This document shows, piece after piece, positions 39,001-50,786 of a DNA stretch of 64,000 nt. Position 1 is the first letter of the stretch. Every line of letters begins with the position of its first letter. The stretch is from positions 22,072,001 to 22,136,000 of the forward strand of contig CM022671.1 in NCBI GenBank assembly GCA_012295275.1. Direction: 5' to 3'. The stretch is from Chrysomallon squamiferum. Its lineage: Eukaryota; Animalia; Mollusca. The notes beneath the pieces are model-generated. The model was not told the DNA's origin. It searched no databases and saw nothing but the letters and a program-made list of their open reading frames with translations. The translations under genes were made by a program, and so were the position numbers.

Positions 39001-42000
39001 TATTAAAAATAATAAGTAAAACAAAACAAAACAAAAATAATATTAATAATAACAATTGATAAATTGAGGCGAAAACAAAAATGGTAAAGAAAGTAATAAT
39101 AATTAATCGTGTTACCACTTATTGTAAATGTCACATTAACATAATGAAAGAATTTTTTTTTTTTTTTTTTTTTTAAATAACAAAAATAACGTTCTTTCTA
39201 GTTTTAACAACAACATCATCTAACAGCACTAGTCATAATTAGAAATGAGTAATTAATAATTAATGTATTCTTCACCTTATTTTCTTCAGTCTGTTTGTGA
39301 AGTGTACTGGAAACAACGACTTTGGAACGAAGCTGATCTATCAACTTCTGTTGCTCTGCCTCCAGGGCCTCCTTTGCCTTCAGCTGTTTCTGAAGATCCT
39401 CTTTCTCAGACTGCATGTCAAGAACTCCTATCTGTGTGTGTGGATAAACACAACAGAACATCAAATCAAGGCAGATAAAGAAATTCATCACAGATAAATA
39501 AGTAGAGTTCAAATTTTAAAGACAAAATCAAAATATTAAAAATAGTAATAATAATTAAAAAAAATAACCCTTATTAGTCCATAACAGTTCGTATATGCTA
39601 GTAAACATTTCCAGAAATATTTAACTATTAAATTTATATTTTTTAATTAATTAAAAGATAATTATTATTAATTTTAGGTAAAAACAACAACAACAAAACA
39701 AACCACTTTAAAGTGAAAAAAAAGAAAAGAAACTCAACATTAAAATAATATCATCCTACAATTCCTGATAATAACCATACAAAAAATACAATGAACAAAT
39801 TAAAGTTTTAGGTATCATTAACGTGACTATTAGTCAAAAGGTAAACAACCACAATTATTTTGTGTTTAACTAAGGTTCTTTTATATCCATTTTTCTATTG
39901 TCAGACACTTACAAACAACATCTGATCAGCTGCAAATAACTGGTTGAAATACTCAGAACAGATGTACAGAGGTAGGATCAAACCCACTATATCTCTATAA
40001 ACAATATTCAATCTAATGATCGTTTTGGCACAAACCATGTAAAAATTGCTATTAAAATTCTTTATGTCTTACATTACTGAGCATCTTCTGCAGTTTCTCA
40101 ATCTCTCTTTGGTATTTCTTCAGCATAGCCCTGTCAGACAAAACCTCATTCACTCGAGGCTTGTTCTTAACAGTTTTGGCTTGGTTAGCAAACTGAAATA
40201 AATCAAAACTGGTTTCTACAAATAAGAATATGCGAATGTAGAATGCATAGCACAGTAAAATACAAAACAAGACACTGTCCAGGATTATAAAAAAAAATTA
40301 AAAAAAATAAGAAGAAGAAGAAGAAAAATAAATGAAAAAAATAAAAATAAAAAAAATATAAAAAAATTAAAAATAATAAAACAAAACCACAAAACAGTAT
40401 GTCTTGTAGTTTTTTTTATTTATTTATTTAATTTTTTGTAAGTAAAAGACAAGAAATTAAAATCAGAATAATAGATCCTAATTTTCTTTTACAATCTAAA
40501 CAATTTTAAAGCATAACACAAAGAGAAACATGAACTAAGTTTAAAATTAATTTATTTTCAATGAAAGTTTCATTCTAAAATTGACTGTATAACCATTTTC
40601 TATTTTTATTTATTAGATTCTATTGCTTTACACCAATGCAAAATAATATAAATTCTATAAAAATTACAACAAACTATCAGAAGTGCTCAGATAACACACC
40701 CTTAGTGTAGAGTGACTTTCTTCCACTGATGAAGGTGATATTGTACATATCATGACAGTCTTTGAATTTCCACCAAGAGCATTTTGTAGAATTCTTGTAA
40801 GCTTTGAGTCACGGTATCCTACAAAGGTATTGCTGATGGAAAAAAATAATAAAATTAAATTAAATTAAATTAAATTAAATTAAAATTAAAAAAAATAAAG
40901 AAATAATTTTTTTTTTTTATAAATTAACGAAAGATTAAAAATAATAAATGTATAAACATACCCTTAGATATATTAATAATAAAAATAACAAAATGAATTT
41001 GCTAATGTAAAACATATATAAATAGACAGATAAATAAAAAAATTGTAAAGTAATGGCAGAATTTTAATTTTTTAGTTTTTAAATATATGTACATATAAAC
41101 ACAACTCTTAGATATATTAACACAAACAAACAAAATGAATTTACAAATACCTCTGGCCCTCACTAAGTACTCTAATAACATTACTCAGTACAAGCAAACT
41201 CTTATTGATAGCACAGCCTTCTCGGAATCTGTCTCCTGTGTTTTCTGCTGCCTTTTCTGAACCAGCCAAATCAACAAAATTCTGTCGAATAACAAAACAG
41301 ACTGTAGATATGTTGGAAATGTATTCATTAACTTAGTCAATCCTTTAGGGGACACGGTAGGTGAAAAATGACAAAGTTTGAACAAACAAAATTGTTTGTT
41401 TTTTTAGGTTTTGACACAACCGTTTAAAAAATTTACTTTTTCAGATAAGTGTTTCAGATTTTTTGCAAAAGGAAGTGCATTTAAACAGATTACATAATAA
41501 TAATGCATAACATTACTCCTATAACCATAATAAGTGGAAATATGATTTTAAAAACTTCCGTTTTTTTTTTTTGGTTCAGCTATCTTTTTTTGTACTAAAC
41601 TAACATTTTTGGAAAGATGATGAATGAAAACTATTTGTGCTAGAGTTTCCAGATTTGGAATATGCATATATATATATATTTTTTTTTTTTAAACACTACA
41701 AAATGACACAAAAAAAATCTTGGAAAAATTAATTGTTCTTTTCATATAACCTTTATACAACTTCCTGTTGTTTCAAGATAAAAATGAAAAACAAACTATT
41801 CTTTTGACAATATGTAAACAAAAACAAATGTTTTTTTGGTATTTTTTTCTACATGTGTGTCCCCTTTGGCCAGGCCAGCAAATGCAAATCCTATTTTACT
41901 CATAACTGTCTGTGGCTGCCACTACAAGTCTGTTTTTGAATATTAATTTTCATAATTAAACCAGATTTTAGCCTAATGCAACTGATGCTGGTTAAATGTA

Positions 42001-45000
42001 TTAAAGAAAATAATACATAATTTACTGAATGTAAATAAAGTGAAAATATTTCAAAGAGAAATGAAACAATTAAATTGTTAAAATTAAAATTTAAGATTTA
42101 GCACTTAATATTCAGTAGAAAAAAAGACTGAGATAAATATAAATAATAAAAATAAACTTACAAGATGTGAAACTCGAACTGGGTCAACAGCATCAACATC
42201 ATTTGTTATTCTACTTTCAATTATCTGAAAAGAATTAACAGTTTGAAAAATATTAAATATAATATTTTATACAGCCAGTATATATAATTCAGTAAATATG
42301 TTCTTATGATAAATGAATTTATGATGAGGTTAATTTGTATTACAATGGGGTTGGTAATATCTCAGTTCTGAATGTAAATAGGTAATAATAATAAATATTT
42401 ATCACTTTGTCTTTTTCTAAATTTGTTTTAAAAATCTAAAATGAAAGTATCACAACAAATATTAAATTTCTGATCTCAGAACAATTATCAGTTAACTTAC
42501 TATTCTGAAAATGGAATGAGAACGTGAACTTCTTTCATTCAGTTTAGTCTCAGCAAATTTTCTTTTTTCTGAAAGAAAATAGAAAAAGATGAATATTAAC
42601 AAAACAAAACAATAATTAATTTACAATCATATGATATATATATATATAATGAAACAATGAAACCATCAAAAGGTTAGCTGATGTTCTTGATACATATATA
42701 TGTTATACACAGGCTTGTTCTTTGTATTTTATTGAATTCCAAAATGACTAACAAACACATTCAAAGTAATTATAACTATTCAATCATTTTTGACATCACA
42801 CCTTTAAAACTCAAAAAAAAAAAAATTCAAGATAAATAAATAAAAAGTAATAATAGTAATAGAATAGTACTGCTATTAAAAATGAACATTAAAGGCCACT
42901 TTAGAACTTACCATCCCCTAATTTTATGATGTCCACAACTTCATGCATCATTTTCACATGCATCTCAGTTAGTCCAACCACAGAAATCAGTTTATCCTGA
43001 AAAAAGTTACCAGGAAAAGAATACATTTAACCACATACAAATTATTATTTTTGTGCATGATTATTCACTAAAAATTAATTAAGAAATCGGTATCTTTAAA
43101 CATTGAACATTTTTGTAATTCACAAGTAACTCTGGTTTAGGTTTCAAGGCAAAATATAATTAATAGAAGGCTATTTCTTGGTTTCATAAAAAACCTGACA
43201 GGGAAAACTGACAAATTCTGCTGAATAATATCTCCACTGTATATCTTGGAAAACCATTTTAATGAAATCATACTGATCTTGGCTTATTATTCAGTAATTG
43301 AAAACGTTCTCTAGTGTTATGTTAAACTTCTATTCTAGGCAAATGATGAGGAATGACTGAGGTGGGAACATCATGTTCACTCACTGGATCCTCTTGCAGT
43401 TTTAAATATGCCTCTTCGTTCACAGGGGTCAGCAAATCAATGATCTTCTCATTGTAAATTTCCATGTACGATATTCTCAGAAGAAATTCTCTCTCAGGAC
43501 ACTGAAAAATTAACGTAACTTTGTTTAGAATTTAATCAAAGAAATAACTCAAATGATTACTTTATATAAAATTGCTTCAAGAGTCTTCTGTCTGGGAATG
43601 TTTCATGTATGCACATCATAAATCTAACAGAGAAATGAGACTAAAATAGAAAACCTAATGAGTTTAATGTAATAGACACTTAATAGATCCTGTATGTTCA
43701 TTAAAAATAATTTTATAGCTCTTTATAAAAATATACAAACCTGATCTATGTATCGAAAAATACTGTTCATTGCCAACCCCAAAATACCAGTGTGCATCTT
43801 GTTTCCTGATATTGTGTATGTTTTTCCCGATCCAGACTGCCCATAAGCAAAAACAGTACCTAAAAAAGAGAAAAGGTGAAAACATTTATTTCTGCTTTGT
43901 GTCCTTTAGTAAGCATTAAATTAAGAAATTAATTTTATATCAAATTTAATAAAATATTGCTAAATTTAAGTTTTCTGAAAATGAAATCTTTATTGTTCAA
44001 AAAAAGGTTTATATAATATAAATTTTAATACTACTTCACTCCCTTAAATTTTATAATATTAAAAATTAATATCTGTGGATGTTTTTATTAAAAAAAATAG
44101 TGTTTTGCCATGTCATATTTTAAAGAAAACTTACCATTGAATCCTTCCATTGCTCCTTTAACAATCGGTTCACAAACTTCTTCATGGATATCAAAGTTAC
44201 TATCATCAGTATCAAAAACACGATCTGAAAATTAAATTACAATTTACACTCAAATGTTTTTCAAAATTAAACATTATAAAATATTTGATAAAACTTGCAG
44301 CTACTTTCTCAAAACCTTCAGTTGTTAATTTAGTGATTTAAATCTTGAAAAGTTAGTGATTTAAATCTTATTACGATAATAGCTTAAAAATATCATTCCA
44401 AAGCTAAATGATAAGACCAAGTAAGCAGATTATCAGTGTTTAATTTTTAATTAATTTTTTAAAAATTAGCTAATTAATTCTGAACTTTTAATGCTTTTCA
44501 GTATAATTGGTGAATATTTATACATGTATACACGAACAAAACTAAGTGAGTGAGTCTTATGTATATGTAGGTAGATTATAAAACTTTTAAATAACAGAAA
44601 ATAATCAAAATTAAAATGAAATGTAAACTACTCAAACCCCTTGATCAATATCTGAGCAATCAGGAAGAACTCACCAAAATGATATGCAGTTCCTGCACTA
44701 TCTGGATCACAGCAAACTACAGAATTCTGAACTACTTTCCAAGCTAACAACTTAGAACTTTCAATCTCTCTGCAAATTTTGAAAATGGTGTAATAAATTA
44801 AATATATAATTTATAAAGCAATATTGAGTAGAAGAACAATTAAAATAATAAATTTGTTGATAAATTTTGGATAACATTATTATTATTATATCATTACTCT
44901 TATTATTATTTTTTTTATTATTAAAATACAAAATTTAAGAAATTTTAGCAATAGGTTTTAATTTATAACATGAACAAACAAACAAAAAAAAAAAAAAAAA

Positions 45001-45143
45001 AAAAAAACGACAAAAACAAATTGGGTCAGTCACACGAAGCGGACTGCAAATTATGTTAATATTTATCTTAATGACACAAAAATAACTTACTTTTGTAGAA
45101 GAGGCCGAAGCCTTACAGCTACTTTTATGCTATCACCGTCCAT
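16012..45143 (-). CDS. CENPE: Centromere-associated protein E (kinesin-7), about 2,350 aa, 56 coding exons
   Basis: Coding exons in transcript order: 45091-45143, 44675-44769, 44135-44224, 43741-43859, 43385-43501, 42912-42996, 42501-42568, 42162-42224, 41151-41281, 40700-40832, 40073-40192, 39276-39431, 38812-38860, 38152-38398, 37705-37774, 37462-37539, 36975-37085, 36547-36654, 35988-36110, 35709-35822, 35297-35386, 34873-34998, 34355-34462, 33992-34102, 33612-33737, 33089-33214, 32551-32670, 32065-32193, 31353-31475, 30066-30960, 29810-29935, 29313-29435, 29061-29186, 28595-28717, 28164-28289, 27945-28067, 27357-27482, 26636-26761, 26148-26273, 25633-25754, 24981-25106, 24338-24463, 23897-24022, 23303-23428, 22424-22549, 21983-22075, 21545-21637, 21244-21309, 20166-20222, 19642-19719, 19030-19102, 18598-18697, 17933-18030, 17226-17478, 16674-16726, 16012-16151. 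All introns are GT-AG with matching phases, apart from two 1-nt frameshifts (~30273, ~25700). Kozak GGCACCATGG; kinesin motifs; kinesin-7-type neck [26 protein letters not shown]; C-terminal CKTQ* as in human CENP-E. Confidence 0.92.
16155..16375. repeat. (AAT/AAC)n-(GAT)n microsatellite in the last CENP-E intron
   Basis: Direct inspection. Confidence 0.9.
22552..23319. repeat. 384-bp tandem duplication of a CENP-E intron plus 17 nt of exon end
   Basis: 22552-22935 and 22936-23319 align at a constant offset of 384 with a few substitutions. Confidence 0.92.
30100..30845 (-). repeat. Coding 42-bp minisatellite (14-aa unit ELENAELV[D/E]MTTQT, about 18 units) within a large CENP-E exon
   Basis: Directly visible in ORFs 30253..30954 and 30027..30266; bounded by an acceptor at 30961-30962 and a donor at 30064-30065. 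Confidence 0.95.
40073..45143 (-). CDS. CENPE: CENP-E N-terminal kinesin motor domain and neck (11 exons)
   Basis: IKVAVRLRP; YHFDRVF; [18 protein letters not shown] (P-loop); [14 protein letters not shown]; NERSSRSH (switch I); FVDLAGSE (switch II); INKSL; [20 protein letters not shown]; STLRFANQAK. Confidence 0.95.
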
Positions 45144-45374
45144 GGTGCCGATCCTCAATTACCTGAAATAGTGAAACGTTAATACATTACACAGCATTAA
45201 TACTACCAGTAACTAGTATTAATACAAGTTCAAGTTGTATGATTATTAATATTTATATTAGTATTATTATCATTATGACAATAATCTACAAAATCTTTAA
45301 CAAAAAAGAACGTAAATTGATCTTCTTCTTGTTCGTTGAACAGTATCGTCAGTGATCTTACGCTTTTTATTTAC

Positions 45375-45430
45375 CTGACAGTTCAGACTTAGTGAGCATT
45401 TGTCTTTTGAAAAAAAGTAGTCTGTTCAAA
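45375..45430 (-). other. CENPE: Probable non-coding first (5' UTR) exon of CENP-E
   Basis: Donor CAG|GTAAAT at 45375/45374 pairs with acceptor TTTCAG| at 45163/45162 upstream of the ATG; the upstream limit is estimated. Confidence 0.5.
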
Positions 45431-45530
45431 ATTACCACTTGTTTTGTTGTCTGATACTTGATTGGCCAACTTTTCAATAGGAAATTGTAGTCTCAATCAA
45501 ACGTACACTCTTGTAAAAAGTCACGTGATA
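45400..45530 (-). promoter_or_regulatory. CENP-E proximal promoter with CHR (TTTGAA), CCAAT box and E-box
   Basis: TTCAAA at 45425-45430 (TTTGAA on the gene strand), ATTGG at 45461-45465, GTCACGTGA at 45520-45528; CHR + CCAAT is the known layout of G2/M gene promoters. Confidence 0.5.
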
Positions 45531-45748
45531 AATATGGGGGCTTATGGAGGAGTCTAAAATACGGACCTCATACAAAATAAATGATTATATGAATAGAAAT
45601 ACCATCAATAAAATTTTCAAAAATTATTACTGTATAGGATTATTTCTGATTCTTATATCATTATGTTTTTAATAAATTCATGTATTTAATATATACTTGA
45701 AAGTTCTATTGTGCAATTTTAAAATTCAGAAAAATAGAAATAGGTAAA

Positions 45749-45785
<37 letters not shown>

Positions 45786-47075
45786 AAAAAGAAAAAAGAT
45801 AGAAAGAAAAAGCACATAAAAGGTAACTGTTGTCATGCTCATATACCTATATAATCGCTGTCTAACAGAGACAACTTTAGTTGGTCTATTTAGTGTACAT
45901 TAATGTTTCGGTATTGGCCATTACATGTAATATGAACTAATTTTTGAAAAACAAAACAGAGTCAAACATTTTCTCTTCTGTTTCTCTTGTATCAAGTTTT
46001 GTAACAAAAACGAAAATAAGAATATCCAAACATGGATACAAATAACTATAAGTTGCCAAGCAATAACTGTAAAGCATTTCATGAATTGTAATATGTAAGC
46101 AAGCCCCATAAATTTAAAATTAAAATATTAGCAATTTTCACATGCAGACATTGATTATTAGATGCTTACTATTACAGTTTACATTTACATTCACATATAC
46201 ACCCAGAAACTGAGACATACATACATAACGATAACATACAAATATGCATAGTTAGTCATGTCGATAATGGACTGAAACGAAACGTAAAGTGTTTCTGGAA
46301 AATATTTTTTCACTATTTTTTCATACTATTATTAAAAAGAATGACAGATAAAATTGAATATTTTATTATTATTTTGTTTTCACCTCACCACAGTTGCTGA
46401 AAATAATATTTTAGTTTCAGTGAGGTTATTAATTCATTCATTCATTCATTACATTGATGAAATAATATTGGTGTCTGATTATTCTCACTAGTAATGTGAA
46501 ATTACATGAGTTATTTCCCTTTTAAAATACTTAGGGTGCAAAGGTTAACAAGCCTGTACTGTGTACACTATTAGTGTTACAGTATTAGTACTCCTATTAC
46601 TGTTTTGTTATTTATTTGTAATTGAAATAATGGTCAGTTATTTTATTTAGTTATTTTTACTTATTTTATTTATTAATATTTTTATTGTCGTTTTATTAGC
46701 AAAGAGATTAAAAAGTAAAAGAATGACATTGCATTTTACCTCGGTTAATCGTTTTGAAAAGCAGTGGTGTTTAATAATTAATAATTTAATTTAATAAGTA
46801 ATTCCTGTATGGTATAACTAACTATGTGTCGATCGGTTCTTTCATTTTTTTTTTTTTAATTATTTTTTTTTTTCTACCTAGTCCATCACGACTTTTTTTT
46901 CTAAGGTGGAAAGGTGAAATTAAAATTCCTTTGGAAGTTTAATTAGATTAAGAGCACACCAACAATATTTTGACTTTGGTTATTTGTTTTTCAAAGTGTT
47001 ATAATTAATAAAAAAAAATATATATATATTTTATTTATTTTTTATTTATATATTTTTGAAAATGATTAAAAAGTT

Positions 47076-47190
<115 letters not shown>

Positions 47191-47262
47191 CCCTCTCTCC
47201 TATTTATTAATATTTTTAATCATTTTTATTTTTTATTAGGATGGTGTAATGTCCACATTTTT

Positions 47263-49041
47263 ATGATGTCCAGGCTCGTCAGTCTAATGTCTCGAACAGC
47301 ATTTTTTCACAAGCCATTCCATCGTGTCGCTTTGTCTACAACATCAGCAGCAAGAAATGACAATAAAGTTAAGGCTGTTATTTTTGACATGGGGGGTGTG
47401 GTCATTCCAAATCCTGGACTTATTTTCAAAGGCAAGTTCATCATTTGATTTTTTAAAAATAAAGTAATATTATTTTCATGAATGTCCCCTTCTAATGTCC
47501 TCAACATTTAATTTCTTTCCACACTCAAGTATCCTCTGAATAATTATCCTTGTTAATTATGTCATCTTGACATGTTAAAGTATTAATTGTTGTGAAATCA
47601 TAATATATTTATATATGCATGCACACATCCCACACACACACACATAACATTTTCATACTCAAACATACTTGGACACATATCTATGTGTAAACGAGTAACA
47701 AGCAGACACATTCATATCATACAAAAACTTTTAAATATACAAAGAGCCTTAACATGCATGAATCTGAAAAACACAATCACACACCCATGTCACATAAACA
47801 AAAAACACATCGCACACTCACAAGATAACATAAAATAGAGATTTGTCCTTCTTCAGAGTTTGAAACTGCAAGAAACTTGCCAACAGGAACCATTAAGAAC
47901 ATAATTTTAAGTGAAGGAGAACATGGAGCATGGAACAAGTTGGAAACTGGAAAACTGACACTGTCAGAATTTGCTTCTGAGTTCAGTGCAGAGTGCTCTG
48001 CTAAGGTTTTTGTTGTTTGTTGTTTATAAGTAATTTAAAGACATAATTATTGTATCAGTTTAATTATATTTAAAAAAATTAAGAATGTTAAAAAAGAAAA
48101 AAGGAACACAAAATTGACTATTAAACTAATGAAAATAACAAACAAAAATAACAAATAGTAAAAGAACAACAAAACAGTCTAAAGAACAAAATAAGTTACG
48201 AAACCAGCAACTAAAAAATAAACCAAACAAAAATATTAGTAGGATTTTATTATTATTATTATTATTTTCTCCCATACATATAATTTTATATCAACTTGCT
48301 TTACATCAGTTTTTATAACACTCAAGTTTTAAAATTCATGTGTTGGTAATTATTATTGTTTTTATATATTACATCATCCACATCATATAGAAACAGGTTT
48401 TGTTTCTAACCCCTGTTTTCTATAACTAAATTTTATTATGCCTTTTTCTGCATAATTATTAATGTCTGTATTTTCCCTTTTGCAGATTGGTTACAAAGTT
48501 GACATGACAGATCTAGTGAAACACCTTGGCAACCAATCAGTGCAGCCGTACCAGCAGGTTATTGAAGCCATTCGATGTATCAAAGCTGAGGGATACGCGA
48601 CAGCTCTTCTGACTAACAACTGGTTTATTAAGGGTGAAGAAACTCTGCTGCCAGTGGAAAAATCAATCTTCAATGTGGTAAAAACTGTAACATTTTCTTC
48701 TTTTCTTCTTTACTATCTATGGTTGTATTTGAGTGGGTTTTTAAAAAAAAAAAAAAATGTATTTATAATGTTAATTACATTATATAATTATATATATTTT
48801 GAGTGATGGCCTGTATTTTTTTAATATACAAAACTTTGTATAATATTTATTTAAAAAAAACTATATATAAAAAAACAACTGATCTGCTGCTTTTTATCAA
48901 AGGATCATTTTTGGTAATTTTGTGATTTAAACGTTGTGAAATAAATTTATTTATTATTATCAAATTATCTTGAATCTAAAAAGTTAACATTTTTAATAGT
49001 TTATAAGTTTGTTTAGTAGTTTTTAGTTAATAAATACCAAA

Positions 49042-49075
<34 letters not shown>

Positions 49076-49176
49076 GCAAGTTATAATTGTTTTAAAAATG
49101 TAGATAGTAATAATAAAAACTAACATTTTAAAAATATATTAATAATAATAAAAACAAGCAATAATTTAAAAAGATG

Positions 49177-49218
<42 letters not shown>

Positions 49219-50752
49219 GTGCATTTATTAATGACTGATATTTATATCAGATAGTTCAGTCATGTATTGAGGGTGTAAGAAAGCCAGACCCTAAAATCTA
49301 TGAAACATGCCTTGACAGACTAAAGGTGAATGCTTCAGAATCCATCTTTCTGGACGATATGGGCAGGAATTTGAAAACAGCTCAGAATATGGGCATGAAG
49401 ACTGTTAAGGTATAATTATAAATATTACTATTCATGTACACTGAACGTTAATACATAATTGTATCTATATTTCCAGCCACTATTTTGAACACACTAAATA
49501 GTGTTTATAAATCTTGTCTTTGGAATAAACATGTTCTAAATCCTAAATTAAACAGTAAAAAGCATATAAAATCAATAATTTCTTTATAACAATTTTTTTA
49601 TTAAAAAACAAATATAGATATACAGAGGTGATTGCTGTATTTAATTAACTGTCTGTAGAAACCTGTTGTTATCCTAAGAACCCTGCAGATTTAACTTTTT
49701 AAGATTAATAATAGATTTGTTATTAAGCATCAACTTTATGAAATGCATATTCTTCGATACTTGTTTAGGTGGAATCTCCTGAACAGCTGATAAAAGATTT
49801 GGAGAGTCAACTAGGAATTGGTCTAAGAGGATTTGTAATGGATACCAGAGCAGTCCCAAAACATCTAGCTCTTCCATTAGATAAACTCACTTCATACTTG
49901 AACTGGGAACTCAATATATATTCCCCAGGTATAAATTATATAACTGTTTGGAACTAAACATATAAAATATTTTTTTGTTTCATAAGATTTTTATATTTAA
50001 AAAAAAAAAATCTAAAAATGATGTTATAATAATTTCTGAACTGACTTGATATTAATTCTACAGAAACCATATTCAGAAATTTCCATCCATTTTGATCAAT
50101 TTTATATACAATATTTATTACTTCAGGTTACATTTTTAACAACTATATTTTTCTTATAAATTGAATACATTGTAATTGATTTTTCAAAGATTTAATTAAT
50201 AATCAGCAGTCAATGTAAAATGTGATTATTTTACAGAGCCACCTGTTGTCCGATCTTTTGAACATGGTCAGTCAAATCCGACCTATTTCATCCAGTATGC
50301 TGGTAAAAAGCTAGTCCTCAGAAAGAAACCTGTAAGTTGTCTATTACAACTAATGTAACATTGTGTCCTCAAGAAGTGTTGTTGATAGCTTTAAGTAAAT
50401 GCTGAATATTTTCTGAAAACCTTAATGAAGGTGGCTTTAAACTCAAAGACTTTTGCTAAATTTATCCCACAGTCAGTAACGGAACCAAAAATTGTCATAG
50501 AATCACAAAAACTTACAAGTTTTAAAAACAAGTTTAATCTAAGGAATCTTGATTCGGTGATCAATCCCTGATTAGCTTGACTTAGATAATCTTTTTGGTA
50601 TTCTGTAGCTGTTAATGCTTAAAGAGAGAACATTAAGATTCTTCATAGTAATCAATTAATGATTTGAGTTAGCTAATGATAAATATACTAATAATAATGA
50701 TGGTGGTGATGATGATGATAATAAAATAAACAAATTTAAACTTGAGAAATTA

Positions 50753-50786
<34 letters not shown>

